Shown here: piece by piece, positions 58,928-64,000 of the stretch
Layout of the letters: each line of letters begins with the position of its first letter
Position numbering within the stretch: position 1 is the first letter of the stretch
Source of the DNA: a virus
Lineage: Duplodnaviria; Caudoviricetes
IMG/VR virus record: IMGVR_UViG_3300029998_000597
Strand: one strand, 5' to 3'
Length of the DNA: 64,000 nucleotides
Program-made: the position numbers and the translations under genes
The notes under the pieces: generated by a model
Seen by the model: only the letters and a program-made list of their open reading frames with translations
Told to the model about the DNA's origin: nothing
Databases searched by the model: none

Positions 58928-59770
58928 ATGGAAACCATCTTAACTGGAAAACAATTACGTGAAATGATTGGAGAAGGTATCTCTGAATTCAAGCCAGTTC
59001 TTGGTCCAGGTGTTACTGATAAAAATAAAAAATCCAATATCGAATCCAATAAAAATACATTAGAATACACTGGTGCAACCACTAAAAAAAATATTGGTGA
59101 TGAAAGCAATCCAGTTAAATTCAATGATGCTAAAGGTGATATAAATAACAATAAAACAAATTTAGATCTTGAGTTTCCTAGTGATCCTGGTGACAAATGG
59201 AAAGAACGTGTAAAAAAAGGCATCGAAGGTGACCCATCAATGGGTAATAGTGTAGATAAAGAGGATGCAGCTACGAGCGATAAAGGGAATAAAGAATATT
59301 ATAAAGCAGCTGATAAATCAAGCGAAGATAAAACAGATAAAGAGCATATTCTAAAAAGCACAGGTCTGGTTTCGAAATTTATTGATTTACCAAAGAAGCC
59401 TACCGCATTTGAGAGTGTAGATTTAACTAAAACACTACGTTTGAATTTTAAAAACACTCAATTTTTAGGTGAAAGTCATATGCTTAGTTTAATCCCAGAA
59501 GATTATAAAAAAGATGGGTGTAATTTCATTATGAAAGATAAAAATCAAAATGAATATTTAATAGCCTGGAAAATAAATGGCTTAATAAATGAGGCTGTAA
59601 TTAAGGGGTATGAAAATAAAATTAAATTAGCCGAAGAATTTAATAGAATTAAAAAGTTATATAATTACGATAGTAAAGAACAATTTGGAACACCAACTAA
59701 CGAACAAAGGAAACAAGAAGATTCACAAATACAAAAAGGAATAGAAAAGATGCGTAGTTTGTTGGATTAG
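58928..59770 (+). CDS. Hypothetical late protein (candidate internal head protein)
   Basis: 280 aa, highly charged and likely disordered N-terminal half. Confidence 0.7.
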   Translation: METILTGKQLREMIGEGISEFKPVLGPGVTDKNKKSNIESNKNTLEYTGATTKKNIGDESNPVKFNDAKGDINNNKTNLDLEFPSDPGDKWKERVKKGIEGDPSMGNSVDKEDAATSDKGNKEYYKAADKSSEDKTDKEHILKSTGLVSKFIDLPKKPTAFESVDLTKTLRLNFKNTQFLGESHMLSLIPEDYKKDGCNFIMKDKNQNEYLIAWKINGLINEAVIKGYENKIKLAEEFNRIKKLYNYDSKEQFGTPTNEQRKQEDSQIQKGIEKMRSLLD

Positions 59771-59820
59771 AATTCCATATTTTCTCATCATTAAAATAAA
59801 ATATAAGCTGAGTTAAAAAA

Positions 59821-60543
59821 ATGAATATAATACCAACAACTAAGATAGATGAGCAAATAAATGACAAGTTAGGGTTGTTGGAAAGAACGTTGAGGATGAT
59901 TGATAAATATGGTTTATTTAGGGTTTTTGGTGGGCTATTTGTATTAATATTATTTGCTTTAACTCTCGCCTTATTTATAAATCAAAAAGCTATTGTAACA
60001 AAAGTAATGCAGGATCAGAAAATTGAAGAGACAAAAAAACATTCAACAACTATGCAATTAAGATTGAATCAAATAAATCCTCAGATAGATGCTATATTAT
60101 TAAAGTTATTAATAGAAACAAGTTCAGATAGAGTATTTGTTATTGAAATGCATAACGGGTCAAATAACCCAACAGGATTACCATTTGTTTATGGAGAAAT
60201 AACCTATGAACAAATGATAAATCCAGATATGCCACCAATTGCTGAAGAATATGGTAATATTAATCTTTCCAGATTTAGCTTCGTTGCTCATGTTTATAAA
60301 AATAAAATATTTAAAGGAACTATAGAAGATCTGAAAAAAATAGATGTAAAATTAGCTAATAGAATGTCTCAAAATAATGTAAAATATCTATATATGGTAT
60401 CATTAACTGGGAGTAATATGGCTATTGGTTTTTTAGGTATTTCATATATAGAAAAACCAATTAACAAGAACGCCGATGGGAAGATTATTGATGCATCACA
60501 GAAAATAGCTATACTTTTAGATTTATATCAATCAACAAAATAA
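59821..60543 (+). CDS. Putative holin (T4 gpT-like topology)
   Basis: Single N-terminal TM (FRVFGGLFVLILFALTLALFI) followed by a large soluble alpha/beta domain (DRVFVIEMHNG...GFLGISY), matching the size and topology of T-type holins. Confidence 0.5.
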   Translation: MNIIPTTKIDEQINDKLGLLERTLRMIDKYGLFRVFGGLFVLILFALTLALFINQKAIVTKVMQDQKIEETKKHSTTMQLRLNQINPQIDAILLKLLIETSSDRVFVIEMHNGSNNPTGLPFVYGEITYEQMINPDMPPIAEEYGNINLSRFSFVAHVYKNKIFKGTIEDLKKIDVKLANRMSQNNVKYLYMVSLTGSNMAIGFLGISYIEKPINKNADGKIIDASQKIAILLDLYQSTK

Positions 60544-60565
60544 ACTTTATTTAATACGTTTCACT

Positions 60566-60970
60566 ATGGCAAAAAATAAATTAGTTGCAGACTTAGTACA
60601 GTGGGTTTTAATATTATCTTTATCGGGAATGTGTTTATTACTTTATTTAAATGGACAGTCAATTATCGAGAATGCAAATTTACACAAATTAGAAAATAAA
60701 ATTTTAATTGGTAAAAATGAAAGACTTACCGACTCAATTAATTTTATGCGAATAAATAAACCATTAACAATAGTTAAATATAGACTAATACATAATGGTG
60801 ATACTATTTACATTGATAGGAAATTAGCGCCTTTAGATGATACAATTTATGATTTTACAGAAAAAAAAGGAGCACTGAATTACCAAATTAAGATAAAAGC
60901 TAAAAATATAAGCTGGTATAAAGTAAATGTTTCAGTAAATGAAGACCTAACATTTTTAGCAAAAAAATAA
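60566..60970 (+). CDS. Single-pass membrane protein with coiled coil (i-spanin-like candidate)
   Basis: N-terminal TM WVLILSLSGMCLLLYL, then a coiled stretch. Follows the holin-like gene. Confidence 0.4.
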   Translation: MAKNKLVADLVQWVLILSLSGMCLLLYLNGQSIIENANLHKLENKILIGKNERLTDSINFMRINKPLTIVKYRLIHNGDTIYIDRKLAPLDDTIYDFTEKKGALNYQIKIKAKNISWYKVNVSVNEDLTFLAKK

Positions 60971-60989
60971 AACATTTTATAGTTTTAAC

Positions 60990-61020
60990 TTGTTTTTCTT
61001 AATTATTATTCGTACATTTG
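60990..61020 (+). promoter_or_regulatory. Bacteroidota-type promoter
   Basis: cTTGtttttcttaattattattcgTACATTTG. Confidence 0.85.
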
Positions 61021-61046
61021 TTTTGAATTTAAAATAAACAAATGTT

Positions 61047-61238
61047 ATGGTTATGTTTTTAATTATCATTCACTTTTTAAAGATATTTATTTTATTTCTT
61101 TCAATACAGATAGTAGTGAAAGAAATTTTCCATCTATATAAGTGTATAAAAGCGAAAATTTCGTATGAAATTGTGAGTAAAGATTTACTATTTTTCGGAT
61201 TGAGTGTGAGTTATATACTTACAATAATCTTTTTTTAA
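61047..61238 (+). CDS. Small two-TM membrane protein
   Basis: 63 aa with two hydrophobic stretches. Confidence 0.6.
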   Translation: MVMFLIIIHFLKIFILFLSIQIVVKEIFHLYKCIKAKISYEIVSKDLLFFGLSVSYILTIIFF

Positions 61239-61249
61239 AAATAAATAAA

Positions 61250-61726
61250 ATGTTAGAAGAAAAAATAAACAAATTAGGCGATAGGTACATTATAAATGGT
61301 ATCTACGAGGGCTTTAAGTATGTCAAAGTGTTTATACCCACAGAATGGGTTCTACAGGAGATGTATGGCGATATAGATGTTCAGAGAGATAGTAATAAAC
61401 CAACGCAAGTAGTTTTTGGTTCTGATATTGTAAGTATAAGTTTTTCTGACATTATAGATGTAATATTAGAGAGTATTAACCCATATCTAGTAGATTTAGA
61501 AAAGGATATTTTATTTAATTCTTACATTGATAAATTAGAATTAATTTTTAAAGAGAATGAATTAGATTATTTAAAAACTCTAAATTTCACATTTAGTGGT
61601 AAACAAAAACGCCCATATAAAAAATCAAAAGTGGAACCTGAAATAGCATCTGATAAAAGGGAATTACTAACTGAAGATAAAAGTGTTATCAAATCAGACA
61701 TTGAAATATCAAATAAAGCAGAATAA
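61250..61726 (+). CDS. Hypothetical protein
   Basis: 158-aa ORF. Confidence 0.7.
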   Translation: MLEEKINKLGDRYIINGIYEGFKYVKVFIPTEWVLQEMYGDIDVQRDSNKPTQVVFGSDIVSISFSDIIDVILESINPYLVDLEKDILFNSYIDKLELIFKENELDYLKTLNFTFSGKQKRPYKKSKVEPEIASDKRELLTEDKSVIKSDIEISNKAE

Positions 61727-62103
61727 TGGAACTACTTGTATTACTATCTTTTATTTTTATATCATACGGTCTATCAAACATGATCGTATATTCAAATGGT
61801 CCTGGTGGTATTTTTACTTGGTGGAGATCGTGTTCCAATAAAATACATCCTAAATTTGGTGAATTATTTGATTGTATGATGTGCCTACCTATGTGGGTTG
61901 GTATGTTTTTTTCAGTAATTAATTTATTTTTTATTTCCAGTTTTTCATTTACACCAATGAATATGATATTTGGCCGAATTATATATGACTATTATGGTAT
62001 TGATTTCTTGTTTATTACAATATTAATTTTATTGTGTGATGGGGCAATTGCCTCAGGTACGAGCTGGGTAATACATAACATAGAAGAACATTTTGAAAAA
62101 TAA
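61726..62103 (+). CDS. Membrane protein with a CxxC motif (DUF1360-like)
   Basis: GELFDCMMCLPMWVG between TM helices, as recalled for the DUF1360 pattern. Confidence 0.6.
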   Translation: MELLVLLSFIFISYGLSNMIVYSNGPGGIFTWWRSCSNKIHPKFGELFDCMMCLPMWVGMFFSVINLFFISSFSFTPMNMIFGRIIYDYYGIDFLFITILILLCDGAIASGTSWVIHNIEEHFEK

Positions 62104-62287
62104 AAATTATGTTTTTTTAAAACAAGCAATAGAACAAGATTTTATAAATCTTACCAATGATTTAGCATATTATGGGAATCAATATAAAGATTTAAAACAC
62201 GAAGGTGATGATAAAATTTGTAAAGGCATATTTAAAGGTAAATCAGAAGTTTATTTATTCGCAAGTAAAAAAATTTTAATATATTAA
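62093..62287 (+). CDS. Hypothetical protein
   Basis: 64 aa, overlap-coupled. Confidence 0.55.
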   Translation: MKNKNYVFLKQAIEQDFINLTNDLAYYGNQYKDLKHEGDDKICKGIFKGKSEVYLFASKKILIY

Positions 62288-62302
62288 ACTGGTATAGGAA
62301 AG

Positions 62303-62521
62303 ATGATTAATGAGGAAAAAGAAATAAAAGAGTCTGAATCTGAATATATCATGCTAAATATTAAAAATGATAATTTTAGGGATTCATTTGCAAACCAATT
62401 AATTAATGGGTTAGGTGAAAAAATGATAACTGAGATTAAAAATCCATATAAACCAACAAAATATAATTTATTTAAAATTAAGATAAATCGATTTATAAAC
62501 AGTATATTTGAAGTATTATAA
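62303..62521 (+). CDS. Hypothetical protein
   Basis: 72 aa, coupled by a taATG junction to the next gene. Confidence 0.55.
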   Translation: MINEEKEIKESESEYIMLNIKNDNFRDSFANQLINGLGEKMITEIKNPYKPTKYNLFKIKINRFINSIFEVL

Positions 62522-62781
62522 TGGGAAAAATATTTAACATACCTACATATGAACAATTATTAAAAATTGCATCTACATTACACAACGAGTTAAACGATGT
62601 AAGGAAAGATAATATCACAATTGTATTTGAATTAGAGCAAGAGCTTTTAAGACAAATAGATGAGGATTATTTTTTCAAAAATAATAAAGATGCATTACCA
62701 AGCGATTTCAGTCCAGGAGATGAGGTATTAGTTACAATACTTGATTTAAAGTTTAAATTTATTAAAGATGTAAATGAATAA
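62521..62781 (+). CDS. Hypothetical protein
   Basis: 86-aa ORF. Confidence 0.7.
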   Translation: MGKIFNIPTYEQLLKIASTLHNELNDVRKDNITIVFELEQELLRQIDEDYFFKNNKDALPSDFSPGDEVLVTILDLKFKFIKDVNE

Positions 62782-63658
62782 TATTTTATTAGAAAACGAT
62801 ACAATTGAAAATAAATATACAAAATTAAGAAAAAGGCTTGCGGATGAGGCTTATAGAAAATGTGGAAATCAAAGAAGAAAAGATGCTACTTCTCATCGAA
62901 AGAAATATAGAAAAGATAAGAAGAAAAAGGATTCTGAAATAAAAGCATTAAAGAAAAAGCAAGAAAGAAAAATAAATCCCTACTGGAGGATAATAGTTAC
63001 AAGTCAAAAAAAAGTTTTAGTTGATATTTTATATACACCAAGCAAAGATGATGCAATTCAGAAATTTAATAAGATTCTTATTGAAAACAAGAAAGATATA
63101 AGAATACCCAAAAAAGTTATAATAAAGGAGCATAATGTTTATGAAGCAAAATACGAATTAGTTTTATTACAGAGAAGAAATGCTGACGATCCTAAAGAGA
63201 CACTACTCAGAAATGAAATTGGCCAATTCGTCCCAAATATAGCGACAAATGAAAAATGGTTAATTTACGAGAAATCAGATTTTTATTTTGAGGAAACATA
63301 TTGGGTACACGGCTTCCACCCCAGACACCAAAGAAAAAATTTTTATTATATATTAGAAGATATATTATTAAACGGTGTTAACAAGGTTAATCACCATCAG
63401 AAACGGGTAATGGTTTATAAAAATAAACTAATAATTGAAAATGAAGATTACAGTTTCGAAATGGTTATATGTAAAACCCACGAAGACTGTATTAGGTTAT
63501 ATAATGAATTAGAAAAGGATGTATTACCATTAAAACTAAAATCAATATATTGGTCAGGATTCGTTAGGGACGCTATTTCAGGTAATTTAATTGAGAGAAT
63601 AGCCGAAAAAACAGGATGGGATAATAGAAAAATAATGAGAAGCAGTACGAGACCTTAG
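62774..63658 (+). CDS. Hypothetical protein with a highly basic N-terminus
   Basis: 294 aa with a K/R-rich helix (HRKKYRKDKKKKD). Confidence 0.75.
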   Translation: MNNILLENDTIENKYTKLRKRLADEAYRKCGNQRRKDATSHRKKYRKDKKKKDSEIKALKKKQERKINPYWRIIVTSQKKVLVDILYTPSKDDAIQKFNKILIENKKDIRIPKKVIIKEHNVYEAKYELVLLQRRNADDPKETLLRNEIGQFVPNIATNEKWLIYEKSDFYFEETYWVHGFHPRHQRKNFYYILEDILLNGVNKVNHHQKRVMVYKNKLIIENEDYSFEMVICKTHEDCIRLYNELEKDVLPLKLKSIYWSGFVRDAISGNLIERIAEKTGWDNRKIMRSSTRP

Positions 63659-63689
63659 AGAAAATAATTAAAACTTTAACAATCAAGAG

Positions 63690-63720
63690 TTGTTTTTCTC
63701 ATAAAAAGTTAGTACATTTG
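63690..63720 (+). promoter_or_regulatory. Bacteroidota-type promoter
   Basis: gTTGtttttctcataaaaagttagTACATTTG. Confidence 0.85.
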
Positions 63721-63764
63721 TTGTGAATTTAAAAAGTAATATTAATAATTAAAACTTAGAAAAA

Positions 63765-64000
63765 ATGTTGAATTGGTTTAATGTAAAAGTAAAGTATGAA
63801 AAAACAGCCGAAGAAGGTAAGATTGTAAAAACGTGTGATGAATTTTTATTTGATGCTCTATCTTTTACAGAAGCGGAAGCTAGGGTAACAGAAGAATTAA
63901 AACCTTTTATTAGTGGTGAATTTCTTACGGCTGCGATTAAAAGGGAAAAAATTAGTGAAATGTTCTTCAATGATAATGGAGACAAATGGTATCGTTGTAA
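63765..64000 (+). CDS. DUF4494-like protein (Bacteroidales family), 3'-truncated by the window edge; not in the ORF track
   Basis: Manual translation MLNWFNVKVKYEKTAEEGKIVKTCDEFLFDALSFTEAEARVTEELKPFISGEF...FFNDNGDKWYRC. The WF..K..YEK...DALSFTEAEAR..EE..PFISGEF motif is characteristic. Confidence 0.8.
   Translation, partial: MLNWFNVKVKYEKTAEEGKIVKTCDEFLFDALSFTEAEARVTEELKPFISGEFLTAAIKREKISEMFFNDNGDKWYRC

Noticed and set aside
1-64000. Alternative genetic code (TAG or TGA reassignment, as in some Bacteroidota jumbo phages)
   Set aside because: Long genes are intact in code 11, and TAG (46211, 59770, 63658) and TGA (12692, 57589) end genes at sensible boundaries.
1-64000. CRISPR array, tRNA/rRNA genes, or a diversity-generating retroelement
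   Set aside because: No regularly spaced repeats, no cloverleaf with T-loop consensus in the intergenic gaps, and no reverse transcriptase or template/variable repeat pair were found by eye. tRNAscan-SE would be the definitive check.

Overview
This 64-kb window is part of a very AT-rich genome (roughly 25-30% GC by spot counts) of a large T4-like contractile-tailed phage, probably a jumbo phage, read in the standard genetic code. It is almost entirely coding on the + strand. In order it holds: two mosaic fibre-like proteins (1-3992); neck, tail terminator and sheath; a small minus-strand island; tail tube, chaperones and tape measure; a 0.5-kb palindrome-rich non-coding block; baseplate and hub genes with peptidoglycan-binding and -degrading domains; a replication block (gp32-like SSB, dUTPase, RecA/UvsX, intein-containing DnaB, class II RNR); a degenerate terminase paralogue; baseplate wedge and fibre genes; SbcC/gp46; a sigma70-type factor; probable capsid-internal proteins; a holin-like/spanin-like pair; small hypotheticals; and a partial DUF4494-like gene. 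Eight TTG-N20-TAnnTTTG promoters and the DUF4494-like gene point to a Bacteroidota host, probably Bacteroidales. A second motif, TATTTATA, precedes the structural genes. The most notable observations are a probable +1/-2 programmed frameshift fusing the gp26-like and gp51-like chaperones, an apparently early-expressed and catalytically dead ATPase-only terminase paralogue, a Glu1 class-3 intein, a subtilase+LRR fibre-like protein, an OmpA-domain baseplate protein, and the palindromic non-coding block. No tRNA, rRNA or CRISPR array was seen. All family assignments come from motif recognition by eye, not database searches.
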